Below are positions 47,085 through 55,836 of a DNA stretch of 64,000 nucleotides, piece after piece. Below the pieces are notes generated by a model. That model was not told the origin of the DNA, ran no database searches, and was given only the letters and a program-made list of their open reading frames with translations. The first letter of the stretch is position 1. Each line of letters opens with the position of its first letter. The translations under genes and the position numbers were made by a program. Origin of the DNA: Gemmatimonadales bacterium (GTDB taxonomy: Bacteria > Gemmatimonadota > Gemmatimonadetes > Gemmatimonadales > GWC2-71-9); the NCBI GenBank assembly GCA_041577295.1, contig JBFGJG010000010.1, forward strand, positions 43,681 to 107,680. The letters run 5' to 3'.

Positions 47085-48587
47085 TCATCGGAGTGGAAGC
47101 GAGATGGAGAACTGGTGCGTTACGACCCGCACCTCGTCCAAGGTCAACGGACCGCTCGGCGCGACGAGGATGGTGCTTCCCAGATCCGCCGCCTCGGGAA
47201 TAGCGAATGGGCCGCCGTTTCCGACTCCAGGACGTCCCGTTCCGTTCGTCACACGCCCCTGGTAGCGGAATTCCAGCTCGGGGAAGCGGAGCGCGGCGCC
47301 CCAGGTGGGAGTCCACTCGACCCAACTCTCTTCTAAATCCCGTGAGCTGAGTTGGACGTGGTCTCGTTGATCGAGCCAGTAATGAATCGAGCGAAGGGAC
47401 AATCCAAACTGCAGGCCCGCAACCGTCCCGTCGTCACCCAGCTTCACGTCCTGCCCGACCCCCATGCGAAAAACGGCATTGGAGAACCTGAAGTGATTCT
47501 CGATGGTCATGCCGCCCGGAGGAATGATGTCACCAGCGTTCGTTTCGACCGGGATGTCTGAGTCCGCCCACGTGTGGCTCCAGATCGGTTCGTAGATCAC
47601 ATCCACGCCAAACGTCGACAACCGGTATTGGCGGGACACACCTACGCCAACGTTGAAGGCTGAGGAATTCCCCGGATCCCGGGGGATGTTCATGATCTCG
47701 TAATTGGGGATCTTGGGGTGCGACATGCGATTCGCCGTTCCCACGAAGCCAATCTGCCACCCGGGTGCTGGGAGGGGACGCTCATACTCGAGATGCAGTC
47801 CCCAGATTCTCGTCCGGTCGAGATTGCGTTCCATGCGTGGTCGCTGCGTGGTCTGCTGGGCGCCAGGATCCCAGAAGAGATCGAGGTAGAAGACATCGTG
47901 CGTCATCGAGTACTGATTGTGTACTAGAACCGCTTCGAGCGTGCGGTCGCCCGTCCATTCTTTGAGTAGGCCAAGGCGCAGGTCAATCGCGTGGCCGTAC
48001 TGCTTGAGGCGAGCGTTGCCGGGATAGAGCAGATCGACGCCGTCGACTGCATGCAGCCCGGCGTAGAGGACGCTGCCGCCGATCGAGATTCCCGTTCCTG
48101 GCAGGTCTCGTCCGAGCATGGCGAAGGCGTAGGTGTTGCCATGCGACCGTTCAGGTGGGCCGAAGTCAATTCCTCCCTGCGGGCACGACGGGCACAAGAA
48201 GGGGACCGGCGCGAACTCGACCGCGCGGCTGAGATCGACTTCCTGCAACGCCACCGCAAGGCCGCCGTACCATGGGCCGGTCTTCATCAGCGCGCCGATT
48301 GGAAGCGTTCGGCCGCCACCGGCGCCTTCAGATACGCTGTAAACCGCGGGTGATCCGAAGAACCGCGCTGTGCCGAGCCGTGACCCAGTTGCCGGATTGG
48401 AGAACGGGTCGTGCAGCGTGTCAGCCACGGCGATCGAGATGTCCCCCATCGGGACCATCTGCGACGGAAAGATCTGGAACTGGTGGGCTTGGGAGATCGG
48501 CACCGTGCGAATCGTGATGATCTGCGCGGACGCCGGTGCCACGCCGAGCAGGATGAGGCATGAGACAGACAGGGCACGTTTCAACAT
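47085..48587 (-). CDS. Hypothetical secreted, probably outer-membrane beta-barrel protein
   Basis: Signal ASA-Q; alternating amphipathic strands; terminal strand HQFSISLPLR; CPSC motif. Confidence 0.65.
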   Translation of the reverse strand: MLKRALSVSCLILLGVAPASAQIITIRTVPISQAHQFQIFPSQMVPMGDISIAVADTLHDPFSNPATGSRLGTARFFGSPAVYSVSEGAGGGRTLPIGALMKTGPWYGGLAVALQEVDLSRAVEFAPVPFLCPSCPQGGIDFGPPERSHGNTYAFAMLGRDLPGTGISIGGSVLYAGLHAVDGVDLLYPGNARLKQYGHAIDLRLGLLKEWTGDRTLEAVLVHNQYSMTHDVFYLDLFWDPGAQQTTQRPRMERNLDRTRIWGLHLEYERPLPAPGWQIGFVGTANRMSHPKIPNYEIMNIPRDPGNSSAFNVGVGVSRQYRLSTFGVDVIYEPIWSHTWADSDIPVETNAGDIIPPGGMTIENHFRFSNAVFRMGVGQDVKLGDDGTVAGLQFGLSLRSIHYWLDQRDHVQLSSRDLEESWVEWTPTWGAALRFPELEFRYQGRVTNGTGRPGVGNGGPFAIPEAADLGSTILVAPSGPLTLDEVRVVTHQFSISLPLR

Positions 48588-48618
48588 TCTTCACCTCGCC
48601 AGAGGGGACTCCATATGG

Positions 48619-48647
48619 GATACCTCACGATGTGGAGTGAGGTCACA
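48619..48647 (-). promoter_or_regulatory. Candidate ECF promoter TGTGAC-N17-GGTATC
   Basis: Minus strand TGTGAC ctcactccacatcgtga GGTATC, ending 31 nt before ATG 48587; same hexamers and spacing as 54022-54050. Confidence 0.65.
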
Positions 48648-48735
48648 TTTAGGTTGGATTAGCGGGAGGAAGTCTTATGTACTCTCACTCCATCTTTAGA
48701 CGGCCTTTAGACCGTAGCTGGGACGTTGAGGTGTC

Positions 48736-49503
48736 ATGCAGCTAACTCAGCAACGGGGTCGCTCATTGGCGCTCGCCGTGGTTGCCCTCCTCATGGCATC
48801 CACCACCAATGCGCAGGAGACGCCTCGCGAGATCATCGACCGGGTCGATCGGATCCTCCGCGGTGAGTCGAGCTATGGCGTGGCCACCATGGAGGTGGTC
48901 ACCGAGCACTGGGAGCGCAGCGTGACGATGGAGGTCTGGTCGCTCGGCACAGACTACTCGCTCATTCGGGTGACGGCGCCCCGCAAAGAGGCCGGTACGG
49001 CGACGCTCAAAGCTGGGGATGACATCTGGAACTACCTACCGCGGGTTGACCGTACCATCAAAATCCCAGCGTCGCTCATGATGGGGTCGTGGATGGGCTC
49101 GCACTTCACGAACGACGACCTCGTAAAGGAAAGTCGGTTGGTCGAGGACTACGATATCACGGTCGCCTTCGAGGGTGCGCGTGACGATGTCGCCGTCTGG
49201 GAGTTCGAGCTCACGCCCAAGTCAGAGGCGGCTGTGGTGTGGGGCCGGATTCACTACGAGGTGCGCAAGCGAGATCTCATGCCGACCTGGGCACGCTACT
49301 ACGACGAGGACGGGATGCTCATGCGTGTCCTCGAGTTCAGCGACTTCCGCCAGATGGGAGGCCGGCTGGTTCCGGCGGTCATGGAGATGTTGCCCCAGGA
49401 CAAGCCGGAAGAGCGCACGGTGATACGCTACAGCAAGGTCGAGTTCGACATTCCCTTGTCGGAGTCTTTCTTCTCGCTGCGCTCACTGCGATCAGGTCGC
49501 TGA
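48736..49503 (+). CDS. LolA-like outer-membrane lipoprotein-sorting protein
   Basis: Signal TNA-Q; IWNYLPRVDRTIKI, SWMGSHFTNDDL and FSLRSL end. Confidence 0.8.
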   Translation: MQLTQQRGRSLALAVVALLMASTTNAQETPREIIDRVDRILRGESSYGVATMEVVTEHWERSVTMEVWSLGTDYSLIRVTAPRKEAGTATLKAGDDIWNYLPRVDRTIKIPASLMMGSWMGSHFTNDDLVKESRLVEDYDITVAFEGARDDVAVWEFELTPKSEAAVVWGRIHYEVRKRDLMPTWARYYDEDGMLMRVLEFSDFRQMGGRLVPAVMEMLPQDKPEERTVIRYSKVEFDIPLSESFFSLRSLRSGR

Positions 49504-49505
49504 GC

Positions 49506-50762
49506 GTGAACGGTCCCTGGTGGCGCATCGGTTGGCGGAATCTGGGGCGCAATAGACGGCGCACGCTCATCACCGGTGCTGGACTCGCCTTCGGGTACTT
49601 CGCTGTGGTGCTCATGGTTGGGCTCATGGACGGGCTCACCGTCGAGATGGTGGAAAACGGCACGGGCATCTTGACTGGGCAACTCCAGGTGCACGCCCCC
49701 GACTACAGGCCGGAGCGCAGCCTCTACGAGACCATCGGAGGACGCGAGGGCACGGATGTGGAAACACTGCTCCTCGCGATGCGAGAGGATCCGGCGATCG
49801 TCGCCGCGACGCCGCGCGTGTTTGCGGGCGGGCTGCTGAGTTCGGGTGAGGCAACCACCGCGGGCATTCTCATGGGGGCGCACCCTGATTACGAAGCATC
49901 CGTCAGCCGTTTGGCCCACGGGATTGTTCGGGGTCGCCTGCCGGGCCGTGGAGCGCGTGAGGTGGGCGTGGGTGTCGAGTTGGCACGCCAGCTCGGTGTG
50001 GATTTGGGAGACGACGTCGTTGTCGTCGCGCCGGCTGCCGATGGATCGATGGGGAACGACCTCTTCACGATTTCGGGCGTGTTTCGCACCGGAATGATCG
50101 AGCTCGACGGATCCTACGCGTTGTTCGATCTCGCGACATTGCAGACGCTCCTGGCTCTCTCACCCGGCCGAGTGCATGAGATCGCCGCCACGACGGCAGA
50201 TCCGTGGGCGGCACCAGACGCGGCGCGTCGGATTCGAGAACGCGTGAGCGGTTTGGGACCCTCTGCGGAGGTGGCGCCGTGGACGGAGCTCAGGCCGGAG
50301 ATGCAGGACTATGTCCGCCTTGTGCGCACGTGGAATTGGGTCGTGTTGGCCATCGTGTTTGGGATCGCGATCTTTGGCGTGGCCAACACGATGCTGATGG
50401 CCACGTTCGAGCGCCGTCGCGAGTTCGCGGTGCTGTTGGCATTGGGAACGACCCCGCCTGCGGTAATGCTCACCGTGGTGTGGGAAGCGCTGGCCCTCGG
50501 GCTGATGAGCATCGTGGGTGGTGTGGTGGTTTCGGTGCCGATCCTCGTGTGGTGGCACAACGCGCCCCCCGACATGAGTTGGGCGTACGGTGATTTCACG
50601 ATGTTCGGTGCGCTCGTACGGCCCGTCCTCCGTGTCGAGTATCGGCCGATAATCGCCCTCTGGGCATCGGGGGCGCTGCTGCTCACTGCGGCGCTGGCGG
50701 CACTCTATCCCGCGGCGAGAGCTGCCCGCATCCCACCCGCCGACACGCTATCCGGACTATGA
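49506..50762 (+). CDS. FtsX/MacB-like ABC permease
   Basis: WRNLGRNRRRTLIT, NTMLMATFERRREF and YPAARAAR; GTG start. Confidence 0.9.
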   Translation: MNGPWWRIGWRNLGRNRRRTLITGAGLAFGYFAVVLMVGLMDGLTVEMVENGTGILTGQLQVHAPDYRPERSLYETIGGREGTDVETLLLAMREDPAIVAATPRVFAGGLLSSGEATTAGILMGAHPDYEASVSRLAHGIVRGRLPGRGAREVGVGVELARQLGVDLGDDVVVVAPAADGSMGNDLFTISGVFRTGMIELDGSYALFDLATLQTLLALSPGRVHEIAATTADPWAAPDAARRIRERVSGLGPSAEVAPWTELRPEMQDYVRLVRTWNWVVLAIVFGIAIFGVANTMLMATFERRREFAVLLALGTTPPAVMLTVVWEALALGLMSIVGGVVVSVPILVWWHNAPPDMSWAYGDFTMFGALVRPVLRVEYRPIIALWASGALLLTAALAALYPAARAARIPPADTLSGL

Positions 50763-52036
50763 CCACCCGCTGGAGCATCATGGTGCGGCTCGCGTTGCGG
50801 AATCTCCGGAGGCAAGCCCGGCGCACCACTCTCACGGCGACCGCCATGGTCATTGGCGGCGCGCTGCTGATGTTCAGTCTGCCCATAGCGGATGGAACCC
50901 ACGAGGATTGGATCGAATCTGCTGTTCGCATGGGTACCGGTCACCTTGCCATTCAAGCACCGGGATATCTCGCGAGCCGACAAATCGAGGATCGTGTGCG
51001 CGCTGACGTCCGGCTCCGGGCAGAGGTGGCGCTGGCCACCCCCGCCTTGGCGGGTGAAATCGTGGAGGTGGTCCCCTTGGTCACCGTGGGGGGATTGGCC
51101 AGTGCACCAGCGGGGGCGCGGCCTGCACAGATCATGGCGGTAGATCCTGTAGCGGAGGCTCGCTTCTCCATTATGGATGACCGCCTGGTGGACGGTCGAT
51201 ACCTCGAGCCCAGCGACCGGTTGGCCGCCTACATCGGTCAGGGTCTTCGCGAGGCCCTCGACGTTCGCGTTGGGTCTCGCATGGTTCTCACCACGCAAGA
51301 CGCGATGGGCGAGATCGCGGGCCAACTCGTTCGCGTCGTGGGAGTGTACCGCACGGGGATCCCCGAAATTGATCAAGCCGTGATCCACATTCCGCTCGTC
51401 ACGGCTGGCGACTGGCTGGGAACCGGCGACGACGTCACGGCGCTCGCCGTGTTGGCGCGCTCGAGCCGCCGCGTTCCCGCCGTACAACGTGCGCTTAATC
51501 GCTCGCTCGAGTCGAGCATCGCGACCGGTGAACTTGAGGTGCTCACCTGGCGTGAGGCGAGTCCGGAGCTCGATGCCGCCGTCAAGATCGACGACTTCGG
51601 CAACTACCTCTTTCAAGGCATTCTGTTCGCCATCATCGGACTGGGAATCGTGAACACGATCCTCATGTCCGTGATGTATCGCTACCGTGAGTTTGGCCTG
51701 CTCCAGGCGCTGGGGTTCACACCGCAACAAACCGGTGGTCTCGTGGTCGTGGAAGGACTCGTGCTTACCGCGCTGGCCGGCACAGTCGGAATCGGCCTGG
51801 GTCTGTTTATCACGTGGTTCTTTTTCCGTAACGGCCTCGACTTCTCTTTCGCGTGGAACGAGGAGTGGAGCTTCTCCGGCGTCGTTATGGAACCAGTGAT
51901 CGTGCCGGTCTTTCGAACCGTCCGAGTGCTTCAGGGGCTCGGCTTCATTCTTCTCGTCGGTGCGATTGCGTCGTTGTACCCGGCCTTTAGAGCCACACGC
52001 ATCGACGTTGCCGAATCGATGAAATTCGAACGATGA
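50759..52036 (+). CDS. FtsX/MacB-like ABC permease
   Basis: LRNLRRQARRT, NTILMSV..RYREFG and YPAFRA; ATGA overlap. Confidence 0.9.
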   Translation: MTTRWSIMVRLALRNLRRQARRTTLTATAMVIGGALLMFSLPIADGTHEDWIESAVRMGTGHLAIQAPGYLASRQIEDRVRADVRLRAEVALATPALAGEIVEVVPLVTVGGLASAPAGARPAQIMAVDPVAEARFSIMDDRLVDGRYLEPSDRLAAYIGQGLREALDVRVGSRMVLTTQDAMGEIAGQLVRVVGVYRTGIPEIDQAVIHIPLVTAGDWLGTGDDVTALAVLARSSRRVPAVQRALNRSLESSIATGELEVLTWREASPELDAAVKIDDFGNYLFQGILFAIIGLGIVNTILMSVMYRYREFGLLQALGFTPQQTGGLVVVEGLVLTALAGTVGIGLGLFITWFFFRNGLDFSFAWNEEWSFSGVVMEPVIVPVFRTVRVLQGLGFILLVGAIASLYPAFRATRIDVAESMKFER

Positions 52037-52746
52037 CTACAATGAGCGTTGCTGTTCGCACCGAGGAGGTCTGGAAGACCTTCGAGCAAGAGCCAGAAGA
52101 TGTTCACGCCGTGAGCGGTGTCTCACTCGCCATCGACGCCAGTGAGTTCGTGGCGATGGCCGGACCGTCGGGCTCGGGCAAGACCACATTGCTCAACTTG
52201 CTCGGTGGACTCACCCGCCCAACGAAGGGTCAGGTTTGGGTGGCTGACCGTGAGCTCGGTGGCATGTCGAACCGCGAACTCGCCAGGCTGCGTCTCGAGC
52301 ACATCGGGTTCGTCTTCCAAGCGTACAACCTCCTTCCAGTGCTCACGGCATTCGAGAACGCGGAGTTCCCGCTGCTCCTTCAGGGAATGGATGAAGAAGA
52401 GCGGCGCCGGCGCGTGCGTGCGTTGTTCAAACGCACCGGGCTCGAGGGGCTTGCCGATCGTCGACCCGGCAAGCTTTCCGGCGGGCAGCAGCAGCGCGTC
52501 GCGGTTATACGTGCGGTGGTCGCTGAGCCCGCGCTCGTGCTCGCCGACGAGCCCACCGCGAATCTCGATTCCCATGCCAGCGACGCGTTGTTGGACATGA
52601 TGGAGGAGCTGAATCGCGAGCTGGGAACCACGTTTGTGTTTGCGACCCACGATCCCCGAGTCATGGAAAGAGCACGTCGTTTGGTGCGGCTGGTGGATGG
52701 AGCGGTGGCGTCCGACGAGCGCCGAGAGCCTGCGGCCGTGCGGTGA
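52033..52746 (+). CDS. LolD/MacB-like ABC ATPase
   Basis: GPSGSGKT, LSGGQQQRV, DEPTANLD and ATHD. Confidence 0.95.
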   Translation: MTTMSVAVRTEEVWKTFEQEPEDVHAVSGVSLAIDASEFVAMAGPSGSGKTTLLNLLGGLTRPTKGQVWVADRELGGMSNRELARLRLEHIGFVFQAYNLLPVLTAFENAEFPLLLQGMDEEERRRRVRALFKRTGLEGLADRRPGKLSGGQQQRVAVIRAVVAEPALVLADEPTANLDSHASDALLDMMEELNRELGTTFVFATHDPRVMERARRLVRLVDGAVASDERREPAAVR

Positions 52747-53933
52747 TCCGCGTGGCCTTCGTCAGCCTGGTGCTGACGCTCGTGGCGACCCCACCGGCCG
52801 CGGGGCAGCTTCCGTGGCTCCGGAGCTATTACTTGCACGTCGGTGTGTGGAGCGATGCCGCGGCTGGCATGCGTGCGGGGTTCGCGGATCTGCAGCGGTT
52901 GCGCTTCATGGTGGAACCATCGCTCGGACCGCTCAGAGCGGAAGTGGCGTACGAGCACGTGTTCGTCTATACGCAGCGTCCGTCTGCGAGCGTCGGAACG
53001 GGCCTCGGAGCGGGTGTCGCACCGGGTGGTGGTGGGTGGGTCGACCTTCAATGGAACCTGGTGAGCCGCGATCACATCTCTTGGCGCCACCAGCTCGATC
53101 GGCTGAACCTCAGTCTCGCCGCGGGATCCGTGGCAGATGTCACGGTGGGCCGGCAAACCATTTCGTGGGCGACGACGCTGATTCTCACACCTGCGGATCC
53201 GTTCGTACCATTCGACCCCGCCGATCCGTTTCGCGAGTACCGCGCCGGTGTCGACGCCGCTCGTGTGCAACTGTTTCCGGGACCGCTCGCCGACGTGGAT
53301 TTCGTCCTGCGGCCTGCCGACACACCGGTCGGTGAGACCATCACCGCAGCCGGCCGCTGGCGGAGTGTGATCGAGACGTGGGAGTACTCGCTGTGGGCGG
53401 GCGTGCTGCACGACCACCCGGCGGTGGGATTTGGCGTGACCGGTGCGCTGGGCTCGGTGGCCTTGCGTGTAGAGGGCGAGCTTCGCGAAGACGACGATGG
53501 GAGCTTCACGTGGCGGGGCGCGGGAGGCGTTGACACGCGCTTTTCCGTTGCGGGCCGCGACCTATATGTCATCGCCGAATACCAGCACGACGACCTCGGT
53601 GCTGCGACAACGCAGGACCGGGCCAAGCTGCTGAACTCCCCGGCCTTCGTGCGAGGGGAGCTTCAAGTGCTGGGCGCGGATGTCTTCGCCTTCCAAGGCA
53701 GCTATCAACTGCATCCATTGATCGGCGCCAGTTTCCTCACCCTCCTGAATGGCAACGACCCAAGCGCACTCGTGAGTCCCGGGATCGCGGCCTCGGTGAG
53801 CAATGAAGCCAGTGCTCAGGCGGGGTTGTTCCTGGGAATCGGAAGCGCCGACCTGCTCGCGACTGGTGTTCCCGAATCCGAGTTTGGGATCATTCCAGCC
53901 ATCTTCTTTGCATCGGTGAGTGTGTTTTTTTGA
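52743..53933 (+). CDS. Hypothetical outer-membrane beta-barrel protein
   Basis: Signal AAG-Q; LDRL, GRQTISW and GVDAAR; C-terminal VSVFF. Confidence 0.7.
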   Translation: MIRVAFVSLVLTLVATPPAAGQLPWLRSYYLHVGVWSDAAAGMRAGFADLQRLRFMVEPSLGPLRAEVAYEHVFVYTQRPSASVGTGLGAGVAPGGGGWVDLQWNLVSRDHISWRHQLDRLNLSLAAGSVADVTVGRQTISWATTLILTPADPFVPFDPADPFREYRAGVDAARVQLFPGPLADVDFVLRPADTPVGETITAAGRWRSVIETWEYSLWAGVLHDHPAVGFGVTGALGSVALRVEGELREDDDGSFTWRGAGGVDTRFSVAGRDLYVIAEYQHDDLGAATTQDRAKLLNSPAFVRGELQVLGADVFAFQGSYQLHPLIGASFLTLLNGNDPSALVSPGIAASVSNEASAQAGLFLGIGSADLLATGVPESEFGIIPAIFFASVSVFF

Positions 53934-54021
53934 GGCTCCCCTGCGTCTGTCGTCCAGCTAAACTTCAACCATGCGCCAACCTACGGCTCCCCCCAATGCC
54001 ACTCGCCCGCGTGGCGCCCAT

Positions 54022-54050
54022 TGTGACGCCCGCTGTCTTTCGGGGGTATC
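54022..54050 (+). promoter_or_regulatory. Candidate autoregulatory ECF promoter TGTGAC-N17-GGTATC (probably leaderless)
   Basis: TGTGAC gcccgctgtctttcggg GGTATC ends 6 nt before the GTG of the sigma gene; no SD present. Confidence 0.65.
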
Positions 54051-54056
54051 TAAAGC

Positions 54057-54602
54057 GTGAGGGAAGAGCAGGATGGTCCACTGGTGCGTCGCGTCTTGGC
54101 TGGAGAGAGTCAGGTCTACGCCCGGTTGGTGGAGCGATACAAGGATCGGCTGGGTCGGTATGCGGTGCGGATGCTGGGGGACGTGGCCGATGCCGAGGAC
54201 GCGCTCCAGGACACCTTCGTACGTGGGTATCGATCCCTCGCGCGGTGCACGAACCCAGACGGGTTTGGCGCCTGGCTCTTCGGCATCCTGGTCAACCGTT
54301 GCCGCACCTATGCGTCGCAGCGCTCGCGGAGACAGGCCTTAGTAGTAACCAGCGACCTCGCCGTCGCTGGTGCTTCGGTGGAGCACTCAGCCGACCAGGA
54401 TGCGTGGCGCGAAGCGATCACATGGGCCCTCGAACAGCTTCCCTCAGAACAGCGGGAGGCGTTTCTGCTCAAGCATGTCGAAGATCTGAGTTATGAGGAA
54501 ATGGAGCGGTTGACGGGCGCGCGGATTCCGGCGCTCAAGATGCGGGTGTTTCGGGCTCGCGAGGCGTTGCGTCAACTGCTGGCGGAGACCATTCATGGCT
54601 GA
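54057..54602 (+). CDS. ECF RNA polymerase sigma factor
   Basis: DAEDALQDTF, FGAWLFGILVN and LPSEQREAFLL..EDLSYEEM...KMRVFRAR. Confidence 0.93.
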   Translation: MREEQDGPLVRRVLAGESQVYARLVERYKDRLGRYAVRMLGDVADAEDALQDTFVRGYRSLARCTNPDGFGAWLFGILVNRCRTYASQRSRRQALVVTSDLAVAGASVEHSADQDAWREAITWALEQLPSEQREAFLLKHVEDLSYEEMERLTGARIPALKMRVFRAREALRQLLAETIHG

Positions 54603-55164
54603 GCACGAAGAGACAATCACACACGTCGTGAAGGCGCTGAAGGAACCGGTGCGGTTGGATCCGCACTTCACGAGACGCGTTATGTCGGAGATCGAGCGGT
54701 TGCCCGTGCCCGGTACGCGGATGTCGCCCGTGCGGTCGCTGATCGTCTGGCTCCGTCGCCGCAGGACGATTCGGCTGAGCCCGCTCGGGGCGCTTGCCAT
54801 GGCCGCTGGTGTGGCGATGGTGGTGCTGGCTGGCAGTAGACTGCTTGCGCCCTCCGCCGGATCAGATCTGCTCGAAGACGGCACGCGCGTTCAGCCCACT
54901 CAACTGATGCAGTTCGTGCTGGTGGCCCCGGGGGCCTCCTCCGTGGCGCTCGTCGGCGACTTCAACGATTGGAATCTGTCCGCGACGCCGCTCGTGCGGG
55001 CCCACGGTGATGGCGTTTGGTGGGTCACGGTCCCGCTTTCGCCAGGTCGCTACCGCTATTCCTTTGTGGTGGACGGTTCGACGTGGCTCGTGGATCCTGA
55101 CGCGCCCGCGATAGAGGACGAGTTTGGACGTGAGAACTCGCTCCTCACCATTGGAGGAGCATGA
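54595..55164 (+). CDS. Putative anti-sigma factor with one TM helix and C-terminal CBM48/AMPK-beta-like glycogen-binding domain
   Basis: Overlaps the sigma stop; FTRRVMSEI; TM segment; APGASSVALVGDFNDW...GVWWVTVPLSPGRYRYSFVVDGSTWLVDP. Confidence 0.8.
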   Translation: MAEHEETITHVVKALKEPVRLDPHFTRRVMSEIERLPVPGTRMSPVRSLIVWLRRRRTIRLSPLGALAMAAGVAMVVLAGSRLLAPSAGSDLLEDGTRVQPTQLMQFVLVAPGASSVALVGDFNDWNLSATPLVRAHGDGVWWVTVPLSPGRYRYSFVVDGSTWLVDPDAPAIEDEFGRENSLLTIGGA

Positions 55165-55823
55165 TTATGCGGGTAGGACTCGGGGTACTCATCGTGGGTG
55201 TATCGATCTTGGGCGCGCCGGCGTTGGCGGGCGCGCAGGAGAGCCGATTGGTGGGACGATTGCCGGACGACGCGCGACGGACCGTCGATAGCGTTCTCGT
55301 CGCGGCGCGGACCAGCGGGCTTCCGACGGAACCGCTGGTGGATCGCGCGCTCGAAGGCGCCGCCAAAGGAGCTTCCGGCGAGGTGATCGTTCGGGCGGTG
55401 ACGCGCCTCCGGGACGACCTTCACCTGGCGCGTCTCGCATTCGGTGATTTGGCGACGGCGGCCGAGCTTACGGCGGGAGCCAGTGCGCTTCGCGCCGGAG
55501 CGAGCAGAGAGGATCTCGCGGAGCTGAGGTCGTTGCGCCCAAACCAGTCATTGACCATTGCCGCGGCCGTGCTGGCGGACCTCGTAGCGGTGGGCGTGCC
55601 GACTGACACCGCGGTCGCCGCTGTTCTGGCCCTGGCCCGGGACGCCGAGGATGCCGACTACATTGCGTTTCGGCGCAACGTTCAGCGTGACATCGCTCTC
55701 GGCGCATCCCCGGCGGCCGCTCTCGGAGTTAGGCTCGAGACTGCGGACGATCTCGCGGGCGAGGCCCCAACACCTGGAACTGGAGTAGGAACGCCGAGCG
55801 GACCTCGGAAACGCAAACCATAG
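55161..55823 (+). CDS. Hypothetical secreted helical protein
   Basis: GGAGG RBS, ATGA overlap, signal AGA-Q, GLPTEPLVDRALEGAAKG. Confidence 0.7.
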   Translation: MIMRVGLGVLIVGVSILGAPALAGAQESRLVGRLPDDARRTVDSVLVAARTSGLPTEPLVDRALEGAAKGASGEVIVRAVTRLRDDLHLARLAFGDLATAAELTAGASALRAGASREDLAELRSLRPNQSLTIAAAVLADLVAVGVPTDTAVAAVLALARDAEDADYIAFRRNVQRDIALGASPAAALGVRLETADDLAGEAPTPGTGVGTPSGPRKRKP

Positions 55824-55836
55824 TGCCCTGGTTCGG

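Noticed and set aside
48633..48692. 9-bp inverted repeat TGGAGTGAG/CTCACTCCA
   Set aside because: Separated by 42 nt and single-copy; could be chance.
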